A stretch of 10,518 nt of DNA from Vitrella brassicaformis CCMP3155 (GCA_001179505.1 CDMY01000921.1:1-10518); one strand, 5' to 3'. Counted from the first letter of the stretch, positions 1 through 8,779 are shown. Numbers and translations are program-made. Notes: generated by a model from the letters alone, not told the origin.

Positions 1-1
1 G

Positions 2-703
2 GACGCGATGGCGCCGGCGGTCGATGTGCGGCAGGGCGGCCTCCCTCTTGGTCTTGTGGGCGACGTCCTGCTGCTGCTTGCTCCGGGTGAGGGCGTGGCG
101 GATGGTGGCACGATGGTCGCCAGGGTGGAACGGAGCCTTGCCTTGGACGGACTTGGAGACCACCTTGGTGCTCGCGCGGGAAGCGGGGTAGGCGGCTGCG
201 GCACGGTCGAGAGGGTCACGTATGCCGGTGCCGCCATGCCGGGCAGGCAGCAGCATCAGGTCGACCTCGGACGGCGTCACAGGGCCGCCGAGGAGGGCCG
301 GCAGCAGCTCCTTGGCGATGGCCTCGCGGAGGGGGCTGAGAGCGCACTCGTCGGTGAGCACGACACGAAAGACGTAGTCCCACTCCATCTGCAGAGACCT
401 CGTCATTGCCGCGTGGGCCGTGTGTGGGAAGTTGCGGGCAGCAGACGTGAGCGCGCGCACGCCGCGCACCCACCCCTCGACCTTCTCGCAGAGGAACGCC
501 GCCCTTCCCCCCTCATCGCCCACGTAGCCGCCCAGGAACCTCTTGCCCGTGACGATCTGCACCCCCTCGGGCTCGAAGAGTTCCCTTGCGATCTGCTCGA
601 GCTCGGGTTTGACGACGAGGAAGGACTTGGCGGTCTCTGGGTGATAGCCGTATGAGGGACCGATGCGACGCAGGGCTCGAAACCACACGAGGATGCCGAG
701 CAT
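2..703 (-). mobile_element. Non-LTR retrotransposon reverse transcriptase, C-terminal RT/thumb region, CRE-like; 5'-truncated near 700 and continuing past the left window edge
   Basis: Manual translation of the frame antisense to ORF 8..655 is open for 234 codons: MLGILVWFRALRRIGPSYGYHPETAKSFLVVKPE...GKRFLGGYVGD...EKVEGWV...PHTAHAAMTRSLQMEWDYVFR...LLPARHGGTGIRDP. The motifs GPxYGYxP..K, GxRxLG and LPxRxGGxGI are typical of CRE-clade RTs. No YADD lies upstream and the sequence turns AT-richer above about 705. Confidence 0.8.
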
Positions 704-927
704 ACACTTATAATTGCTTTCATTGCTGCATTCGTCCAGTCATCCGAGTGATTCTCGCCTGCTGCCAATTGATGCTTTCAAAGGAAAGGCACTGCCACAG
801 GTGAATTTACCTGGCTCTCTGTTCATCACTTATTCATTCCCTTCTGCGCAATAAAGCAGAGCAATTCTTTCAGGCAATACAGATTCGGCTGCAAATCCGA
901 TCGATAGACAGGTTTCAGACAGACTGG

Positions 928-1166
928 CTATCTGTAGCCTTTCAGCAGTGTACGCATTTCGTCAGTTTTCGCAAGATCGAGTGGCGTCCGGCCCTGATGG
1001 AACCGACATCACAAGACGAAAAACATGAGCGAGCCGATCATCGATCGGCTGCTGACTTACATCATTGTTCTTCTCCTCTAGTAAATCAGGGCCGCCATAT
1101 TCAAGCAGCTGCCTGGCGACGGCAAGCTGATTCTCCGAAGCTGCCAAGTGCAGCGTAGTGGTGGAT
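928..1166 (-). CDS. Last two exons of an ankyrin-repeat protein (exon about 1166..1061, intron 1060..994, exon 993..928)
   Basis: TTLHLAASENQLAVARQLLEYGGPDLLEEKNND splices in phase 0 (GTAAGT...TTCCATCAG, 67 nt) to GRTPLDLAKTDEMRTLLKGYR*. This gives a canonical ankyrin repeat followed by a TPLDLA terminal cap. The 5' boundary of the first exon is unresolved. Confidence 0.8.
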
Positions 1167-2013
1167 ATAGAGACATTCATCATATACACACATTACTCCC
1201 TGACACATAAACGCGCACAGACGAAGAGGACACATGACGACAAGTCATTTTGTGTACTTCTTTCCGTCTTCTTACACCAGATTGGATATGTAGAGCCATC
1301 TGAAGAGTTGCACTCTCAATCGCAAAGGGTGCGGAGAGGGTTTCAGGAGCAGAGGCCAAGAGTTTGTGGGCATCTCTCTTGTCCTCTATCGAGAGGCAGA
1401 TCGATAGACGATAGGTGCTTGGGAATCCACGCCTCCCTACACACGCGCAGGCGTACGCAGGTGAGCCCTCGGGCCTTAGATCGCCTATGTATGACTTTGA
1501 TCACCACGAGAGCATGGTCGTTTCTTGATGTCCGCAGCGCTCCACCATACAGGTACTACCACACGCGCCGACGCATGGGCAGCGGATAAAGAGACATCTA
1601 TCTATAGCAAGAGAGAGAAACTTGCTCAGCCAAGCGTCCACCCGTGAAGGATCCGCTTAGAGCTTGTTCGTTCACCTCCGAAGCCCAGTGGACCTTTTTT
1701 TGCAGGGCACAACATGTCTATCTGAAGCACTACCTGCAGAGAGAGAGACATACGTACATTCATATATCGCTTCTATGCCGTCTTGTTTACCTCTCCTGCG
1801 AGTTCTCCGTTCTGTGTGGTATAGAGCTAAGCTTTTGCTGCCCATTCCCTTTTGCTCTCTTTGGCGTAGTCTTAGAGCTCATCAATTGACTCCTCTTACG
1901 GACCAGCGTTGCACACCGGGCATTTGAGCGAGGTCGAACAAGGAGATGAGCAGAGACAGCCAATGAATGCCTGCTGTTCTTATCTCTTCTCTCTCTAGAG
2001 TTTCCTTATGTCG

Positions 2014-2319
2014 TTAGCCACGTTTTCGGCGCAACATGGCCCTCCGTTTTAGGTATGAGCCGGTGTCGGTGTCCAGTAAGGCCACTTCAGCTTCAAGCTG
2101 CTGCAAGTCAATACACACGACACCAGATCTATCGGTGCTATCCGTCTGATGCAGCGTGATGTACCTTCTCTGCAGCCTTCCAGAGAAATGCCTCAACTTT
2201 AAGTCTGAGGACACAGAGACATAAGAACAAATGCACAAAGGAGAGGACTAAGGATGCCTTTACCTTCGAATCGTGAGGTCCTCAATGGCCTTATTCTGTA
2301 GCATGAAAAGCTCCGGATT
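2014..2319 (-). CDS. Three in-frame exons (2319..2264, 2204..2165, 2100..2014) encoding a helical segment of unknown function
   Basis: GT-AG introns of 59 nt (2263..2205) and 64 nt (2164..2101) join to give NPELFMLQNKAIEDLTIRRLKVEAFLWKAAEKQLEAEVALLDTDTGSYLKRRAMLRRKRG*. No family recognised. Confidence 0.5.
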
Positions 2320-2530
2320 CTATCCCTGGCAAGTAAGGATGTGTGTATGTGAGCATTTGTTGTCTGTCATTAGGTTGATTGCATGCTATGATGAGAAGAC
2401 CTCAGTGCGCTCGGCTGCGATGAGAAGAGTGAGGACCATGTGGACCCGCACCGGAGCTTGCGAGAGGATTCGACCAAATCAAGGTACGCATGGGGAGACA
2501 AGACGTGTGTGCATACTGCTCATCTCTTAC

Positions 2531-2792
2531 ACTGAATTCGTCAATTTCATGAAGTGTCCCTTCGGTAAGGACATCACATCGTGATTACCTGATACGAACA
2601 TACACATGCAGAAACGACCTATGTACCCGTGCTTGTCCATTTTATGCCTACCAGTGAAAGGCTCCCACATGTCGCTCCCATCGCCCTTGCAGATGCTGTA
2701 TTTGTACTCCAACCTCCCTCCAGCAGGCAGCAGCAGCTGCTTAATGCGAGAGCGTGCGGGAAGAGTTTGAGGCATTGTGGCAGTCTGGGGAC
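2531..2792 (-). CDS. Two exons (2792..2652 and 2588..about 2531) encoding the C-terminal half of a CBM20-like starch-binding module
   Basis: A 63-nt GT-AG intron (2651..2589) joins LLLPAGGRLEYKYSICKGDGSDMWEPFT to GNHDVMSLPKGHF, matching the CBM20 pattern LP.G..EYKY......WE...N. The acceptor CTCTCTCACTCTAG precedes 2792. The N-terminal LG.W motif was not found. Confidence 0.55.
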
Positions 2793-3331
2793 CTAGAGTG
2801 AGAGAGAGAGGAGATGGGGCGGTGGTTTGAACGTGCGATGCTTATTAACGAATCAGTCGGCTAGAATTGACTTAACCTGAAAAAATCGGCGCTCTCTTGT
2901 CTCCACTGAAAGCGAGACGGCCACATTCTAGACCTGCCAAAAACTCGATATCAGTGCCTCATATCACAGCTGCAGCGGTCAGCTCAGTTTTGACACCCTT
3001 CGCTCCATTTCCACTCCTCATCTTCCAGCGTGTTTCTTCCTTAGAAAAAGTCCCTTCCTGCGTTCTCTATACCGTCTAATGACGCTTTCCCAGTGGACGC
3101 TAAGCTACTGAGCATGCATGCCGAAGCTTAAGTGTAGAGCCCAGAACATAGACACCGTGCATGCATACACAGGGAATGCATGTCAGTCATAGGAAAGGGC
3201 CGCAACATGCATGTATACATACAGTGTCACCTGTATGAGGGGCGCTGTGTGTACGTCTTCCACTGACCAATGACGGGGACGACAATGAAGTAGATGAGAG
3301 GTATGACGGGCCACACGGCGTGCCTCCATAG

Positions 3332-4113
3332 CACGGCGAGTTGTCCGACGTAGGGCTGCAGTATGAGGCGGTCCAGGGCTGTGTGAGGTGGGGCATCCCA
3401 CCGTCCCACGAGAAGGAGATCGAGGAGGCGAAGGTGAGCCACTCCGGCCACGCTCGTTGTCCAACACAATGGGAGCCAACCCGCTCATCTACATGCAGAC
3501 ACACATACATGCATGTACCACATACAACCACTCGTCCCGTGAGGGGCTAAGCCTTTCGCTCTCACCAATGTGGCGTGGTTCAGGAAAATCTTGATGACAC
3601 ATACACAGAAATATCCAACGCAGGTAGACGGGTAGACACGTCTGTCTGCCGGTGAGAGGGTGCACCCCTCCTCCGGGCCTCACAGGTGGACGCTGCAGGT
3701 GTGGGTTGCTCTGTTTGTGGTGCCACGGGATGTTCTTAAAGAGCCCACAAGAAGAAGATGCTGCTCGTGGGGTGAGCGCCGCCTCGCTGGCGGCGCAACG
3801 GGCAGCTCCACCGCAATGTGCCGAACCCCCTGTGCAAGCTCTTTTAAGAGGAGAAGCCAGTCGAAGCGATTGTCCGGGAGACAGTCATGCAGACAAAGGT
3901 TCGCTCTTGAGCGCCTGTAACAACTCTATCTTATCGTCAAAGCTGTACCAAACTTCAGTGACATCTCTAAGGCAAGCACATCCATGCATGCAGGCATGCA
4001 ATCCCACCTCCTCAGCCCTCGATGCTGCAAAAATCCATTACAGAAAAGCACCCAATGAAGAACCTGACAGTTGGGTGTCAGTAAAGATGGTAATGAGCCG
4101 GTTCCAAAAATAG
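3332..4113 (+). CDS. Spliced gene of unknown function (exons about 3332/3354..3433, 3584..3623, 3686..4113 or fewer); 5' end unresolved
   Basis: G1/GC3-rich codons give ...GLQYEAVQGCVRWGIPPSHEKEIEEAK|GTGAGC, then TTCAG|ENLDDTYTEISNA G|GTAGAC, then a 62-nt intron to CACAG| entering the frame of ORF 3652..4113. Phases are consistent (0, then 1). An in-frame TAG lies at 3329-3331. Confidence 0.5.
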
Positions 4114-4410
4114 CACGCACCTGGAACACAATCTGTGCGCGCATGCGCACATGAAACCACCTCACGTTCACTCTCGTTCTCACTCTCCCGCACACTGCTC
4201 TCGCCCCCACTACAAGGAAAAAATGCTGTGCCTTTCTGGCTCTTCCAGTCTGTATGTTCCTCCAAACCCTTAAGAACCCGTGACACCTCGACAACCTCCA
4301 AACTCCACTTACTCACTCTCTCACTCCCTATCTGTTCTCAACTCGCCAGCCACCAGCAATCCCAGGCCCACGTACGGAGAGGGCTGCAGCATGCCTTCGC
4401 GCAACAAAGC

Positions 4411-4642
4411 GACACAACCCTTCATCGTCACAGTCAACACCGACGACTCAAACTCGAGGCACTCAGACTCGAGGCACTTACACATACACATACACACACA
4501 CACAGAGAGAGAGAGAGACTGCACAATCTGGGAAAAATACTCCCTCAACCCTCCACAGAAATCCTCCTGCTGATGTGTTTTTTTCTCCGACACAGCCATT
4601 CATCATCACAGTCGACGCAAACAAACTCAGACTCGAGGCACA
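4411..4642. repeat. Imperfect direct repeat (4411-4477 and 4590-4642) containing ACTCGAGGCAC three times
   Basis: GACACAACCCTTCATCGTCACAGTCAAC...CTCAGACTCGAGGCAC versus GACACAGCCATTCATCATCACAGTCGAC...CTCAGACTCGAGGCAC. The first unit carries an extra ACTCGAGGCAC. Confidence 0.75.
4481..4518. repeat. Compound (CA/CATA)n-(GA)n microsatellite
   Basis: cacatacacatacacacacacacagagagagagagaga read directly from the sequence. Confidence 0.9.
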
Positions 4643-4719
4643 CAAACACAGGCACGCCCACACACGAAGCCAGAAACACTCTCCGCGTTGCAGCAGTGAT
4701 GAGACCCCCGCTGCCCCTT

Positions 4720-5955
4720 TCAGGTCTCTTTGTGCGGAAACGGCTTCAGGGGATCTATTTTGAAATGCCTGATCAGATTCTTAGACATGACCTGCTCCGC
4801 CTCCGCCACAGTGTAATTGACGCGCTTCATACTTTTGATGACCCCCCGTTTGTAGAGGGCGTAAACGAGGGGCAGGCCAGACATGTCGCTTCCATATACC
4901 ACGCGGTCAAGCACGCCCTTCTGCTTCACCTTCTGGAAGACCCAGTCAAGATAGCTGCCGCATTGATCAAATTTACAGCTCCCAAATGCTGAAATCTCGA
5001 GCAGCACATTGGGGTATCTCTCCGCCATCTCGATGACCTCTGGAAGTCTGTCATCGCCTTCATCGTTGAAGTCGAAGCCCATGTGGCCGAGGATAAATGT
5101 GACATTCTGGTACCGCTGGATTGCTGGCTCCAGAAACTCGACGAGATAGGTGCGCCGGAACTTCTCCCGTTCGGCTTCAGTCTTGTCACTGAGCTTCTGC
5201 AGTGGGGTCGACCCGATGTGATGGTATACGGGGACTCCGTACTTCGCCGCTGTCTGATAAATCGGGTCGTATCTCCGATCGTCGAGCGCGAAGTTGTTGT
5301 GGATGAATGCGAGTTTGATCCCCACAACCAACGGGTGCTCGAGTGTCTTCGACAGATTCGCAATGGCGATTTCTTTGCTGTTATCCCAGTCGGTCATGTT
5401 GACGCCTGAGAACCCGACGAACTGTGGATGGCCATCGCGGATGTTGCGGGGGTCCTCGAGGTGCTTGATGAGGCTCTCCTGGGAGGCGATGCCCCAAGTC
5501 TTAGGGGCGTAGACCGACAGCATAACGCCGACATCGATCCTCGCAAACCCATTCTGCTGCTTCATTCCCAAGAAAGAGCCGTAGGGCGCAGCAGTGAACT
5601 TTGACGAGGTCTTGAGCAGGAACTTCTTCAGGAAGTCAGGCAGCACAGGTATCTCCTCCGTGAGATGCTTTTTTCCCAATTCACCCATGTCTTCAAAGGA
5701 TCCAAAATGCTGGTGCATGTCGACGACTTTGAGGTCGCGAAGATTCCTCAGGTCTTTAAGCAGTGTAACCTCCTTCGGGGGCTGAGGGGTCCCTTCCCCG
5801 GCTGTTGCTGCGCCCAGCAGAGTCCGCGGAGCCTTTTGCCGCTGAAGGACCGACGTGAGGGACTGCGACGGAAGAGCCTGCGGAACGAATGCCGCGATGG
5901 TGAGGAGAACAGACGTGGTGAGAAGGAGTGGAAGGATGACTCTGCTCAGCTTCAT
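4720..5955 (-). CDS. Intronless metal-dependent amidohydrolase (Amidohydro_2/PF04909-like TIM barrel), 411 aa, with a putative bipartite signal plus transit leader
   Basis: Motifs in the expected order: VVDMHQH (DxHxH), GIKL, PVYHHIG, ILGHMG, LLEIS, RVVYGSD. The N-terminus has a hydrophobic core (VILPLLLTTSVLLTIAA) followed by FVPQ and a Ser/Thr-rich, basic stretch with no acidic residues. Confidence 0.9.
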   Translation of the reverse strand: MKLSRVILPLLLTTSVLLTIAAFVPQALPSQSLTSVLQRQKAPRTLLGAATAGEGTPQPPKEVTLLKDLRNLRDLKVVDMHQHFGSFEDMGELGKKHLTEEIPVLPDFLKKFLLKTSSKFTAAPYGSFLGMKQQNGFARIDVGVMLSVYAPKTWGIASQESLIKHLEDPRNIRDGHPQFVGFSGVNMTDWDNSKEIAIANLSKTLEHPLVVGIKLAFIHNNFALDDRRYDPIYQTAAKYGVPVYHHIGSTPLQKLSDKTEAEREKFRRTYLVEFLEPAIQRYQNVTFILGHMGFDFNDEGDDRLPEVIEMAERYPNVLLEISAFGSCKFDQCGSYLDWVFQKVKQKGVLDRVVYGSDMSGLPLVYALYKRGVIKSMKRVNYTVAEAEQVMSKNLIRHFKIDPLKPFPHKET

Positions 5956-6044
5956 TGCAGAATCCAGGGTAGATGTCAGGAAGCAAGGACGAACCAGCGA
6001 GTGCTTAGCTTGCCCGAGCTAGGGTTCTAGCTAGCAGATGCATT

Positions 6045-6626
6045 TGCGCCTACGGCGTCACTCAAGCGGTCGTCAACCTCACCAAAGTGGCCATCCACCA
6101 GGACAACCGCCTGGATGCCATCGAGCGCAAGGCCGTCCAAGGAAGGCTCCGCATCAAGAACGTGCTGCAGCCGGCGCGCCCCGCCTCACCTCTTATCAGC
6201 TCCAGAAGCACATCTCTGGCGTTCTCGCGTCTGCTGCCCCCTCCCTCCCCCCCTTCGACACGCGCAGCTTCGCGTGTTTCGCAGTGGGGTCCCGCTCGCG
6301 GGACGTCATCATCCACTTCTCCAACGGCGACCTGGCCACCGAGCTGCACACCCGCATGAAAATTGGTTACGGCCTTCACCTACACAATGGCGTGAGACTC
6401 CAATTGGCGAGTGAGAAGGCGGCCGCCGACCATCTCAAGCAAGGGCTGCGCCTCGCCGAGCGGACACACAAGGCGGATGACATCTATGTGGGACCGGCAT
6501 TGGCCGTCCCGTCGGCAGAGGCGCTCTCGCCACCCCACCCCACATATGACCTGCACCTGCTCACCCCGCTCGCCCTCCCACGTGTGTCTGCGCGCGACTA
6601 TACGGAGGCCGTACACCAGCTCAACG
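6045..6626 (+). mobile_element. Frameshifted LINE ORF1-like fragment (coiled coil followed by an RRM-like region), running into the gap
   Basis: The frame of ORF 6087 gives GVTQAVVNLTKVAIHQDNRLDAIERKAVQGRLRIKNV, resembling the L1/CR1 ORF1 motif LE.LE..SRRNNLRI.G. It shifts near the C-run at about 6178-6185 into the frame of ORF 6038: SYQLQKHISGVL...GSRSRDVIIHFSNGDLATEL, resembling RPIIV.F. Confidence 0.5.
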
Positions 6627-6926
6627 NNNNNNNNNNNNNNNNNNNNNNNNNNNNNNNNNNNNNNNNNNNNNNNNNNNNNNNNNNNNNNNNNNNNNNNNNN
6701 NNNNNNNNNNNNNNNNNNNNNNNNNNNNNNNNNNNNNNNNNNNNNNNNNNNNNNNNNNNNNNNNNNNNNNNNNNNNNNNNNNNNNNNNNNNNNNNNNNNN
6801 NNNNNNNNNNNNNNNNNNNNNNNNNNNNNNNNNNNNNNNNNNNNNNNNNNNNNNNNNNNNNNNNNNNNNNNNNNNNNNNNNNNNNNNNNNNNNNNNNNNN
6901 NNNNNNNNNNNNNNNNNNNNNNNNNN
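6627..6926. other. Assembly gap (300 N)
   Basis: Run of N. The round length suggests an estimated or placeholder size. Confidence 0.99.
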
Positions 6927-6928
6927 CC

Positions 6929-7309
6929 ATTTTGAAATGCCTGATTAGATTCTTAGACATGACCTGCTCCGCCTCCGCCACAGTGTAATTGACGCGCTTC
7001 ATACTTTTGATGACCCCCCGTTTGTAGAGGGCGTAAACGAGGGGCAGGCCAGACATGTCGCTTCCATATACCACGCGGTCAAGCACACCCTTCTGCTTCA
7101 CCTTCTGGAAGACCCAGTCAAGATGGCTGCCGCATTGATCGAACTTACAGCTCCCAAATGCTGAAATCTCGAGCAGCACATTGGGGTATCTCTCCGCCAT
7201 CTCGATGACCTCTGGAAGTCTGTCATCGCCTTCATCGTTGAAGTCGAAGCCCATGTGGCCGAGGATAAAGGTGACATTCTGGTACCGCTGGATTGCTGGC
7301 TCCAGAAAC
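6929..7309 (-). pseudogene. 5'-truncated duplicate of the amidohydrolase 3' part (equivalent to 4757..5137, offset 2172)
   Basis: 381 bp aligned by eye with 6 mismatches (6946, 7087, 7125, 7141, 7144, 7270): five synonymous and one Y to H. Similarity ends abruptly at 7309. The copy lacks the leader and the DxHxH, GIKL and YHH motifs. Confidence 0.9.
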
Positions 7310-7780
7310 ACGATGTGCCAGGGGGAGAGAGCAAGCGCCAGAAGTCGCGAGGGCAGTGGCAACGCGAAAAAGTCACTTTACGCAGCAGCGCACTTGCACG
7401 AGCTGACTTGTGGGTACGACAGACACGATCACGATAGTTGCGGGCACGCAACGATTCAACTCGTGTGCGAGCGGCATCATGTATTGACCCAGATGGTAGC
7501 GCATGAATATAAGCACGGTATGCCTGGGACGCGCGCGAGATTGCACGATTGACCTCGGGGGAGCGAAGACATTTAGACACGCCAAAATGGCGGCCTTTGC
7601 CTTCTAGCTGGTTGAGGAGAGTGCGTGCGGCCCTTGCCTGACAGTCTATAAGACGACCGTGCCGATGTTAGAGACGAGTCAGTGAGTCAAGCAGCGCTTG
7701 CGCGCAGGATGCCGCTCGAAGAGCATCCCCTCGCTGACATGCATCACAATGTGCAGACCGTAGATGAAGATGAGTAGGGC
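7310..7780 (-). pseudogene. Decayed ORF2 EN-RT linker
   Basis: A probable frameshift out of the 7679..10357 frame (about 7740-7800), then an in-frame TAA at 7670-7668, then KCLRSPEVNRAISRASQAYRAY...RNYRDRVCRTHKSAR...CPRDFWRLL (7352-7329). This matches the helical linker and P+.FW+.L motif that precede LINE RT domains. Confidence 0.65.
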
Positions 7781-7919
7781 TGTTGCCAATGATGCACGAA
7801 TAGCACCGACAGCCTGCGCACTCCACACATACCGCACCCTGCCCTGCCTTGACGAGGCTCCCTGCACCCGACTACGAAGGCTAGTCAAAGATGGAGGCAC
7901 CACAACAGGCATGATAGCC

Positions 7920-8779
7920 CATGACAGGCATCGGTGCGGTGTATGAAATGCATGATCGTCTACAGAAAAATGACTGGCACGAAGGAAAATCTGTTGCGAG
8001 GCAGCCACATAGTCAATGACGCTATGCTTCCTCCCTTGAGTACACGTAGGCTGAGCCGTACTCGTAGCAAGACAGGAGCCTATCTGGCGACCATTAAAGA
8101 GCAGAAGGCATGATGCCTTGCACAGAGCGAGCAGCCAGACGCCAATCGAGTTACGTGGGTGAGAGCAATCGCTGACCCGCGTCGGTGGATTAAGTAAAAG
8201 GGGGTGCAGTATTGTCGAATCTATGCCAATATCTGCATAATCCGACGGCGGCAAAGTATCAGGGTCAGTCGCCGTCTTGGCGTTAAAATCACCACACAAA
8301 AGCACATAACCATCCTCAGCCAATTGCTCACATAACAGGGTAAAAGCACTCCACCACTCACCACCCTGGCCGTCGTCATCGGGGCGCATGAAAGGAGGCA
8401 CGTAGCAGGCAAGCAGGAACACTGGGCGATCCAGACCGAACAACTGCTGGTCTGCCCTCAGTATGACTACATTACGAAGTGGCGCATCTCTACGTGTGAG
8501 CAGGTGAGTGACACGCATACTCGTGTACCATGCAACCCCGCCCGACTTCACTTGTTTATTCTCCGAACCACTATACAACAGGGCACGCGGCGAAGACCAG
8601 CAAGTATAGCCATTGAGAGCTACAGGCGGGTCGTCCTCGTCCTGCTTCGTCTCAATAAAGGCGAGAAACTCATAACGAATGCGTTTGCAACCATCCCACA
8701 TACACAAATCATCCAACAAATCACCATATGCACGAAACTTCACCGCTAAGTCCTGGATATTCAAACACAAAAACGTGAA
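7920..8779 (-). CDS. Apurinic-like (APE/EEP) endonuclease domain of LINE ORF2, within ORF 7679..10357
   Basis: Motifs FLCLNIQ, AFIETK, SGGVAWY, ACYVPP, GDFNAK, NSIGVWLLALC...FNGR, SVIDYV and a terminal His in HTPH (usually SDH). Confidence 0.92.

Noticed and set aside
8-655. 215-aa plus-strand ORF
   Set aside because: Exact antisense shadow of the RT frame; it has no motifs of its own.
3227-3469. Leu-rich, membrane-looking minus-strand ORF
   Set aside because: Antisense shadow (CTC-rich) of the Glu-rich plus-strand exon, which has G-initial codons and a GTGAGC donor.
4135-4992. 285-aa plus-strand ORF
   Set aside because: Runs through a microsatellite and the antisense strand of the amidohydrolase; no domain features.
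6020-6026. Telomere-like TAGGGTT
   Set aside because: Single unit, expected by chance.
6038-7362. ORFs 6038..6988 (+), 6411..6935 (+) and 6598..7362 (-) as whole proteins
   Set aside because: They are open only because they read through 300 N.
7098-7580. In-frame LINE-amidohydrolase fusion protein
   Set aside because: The LINE frame enters the amidohydrolase copy out of frame (SCFWSQQ...), and the linker has an upstream stop and a probable frameshift.
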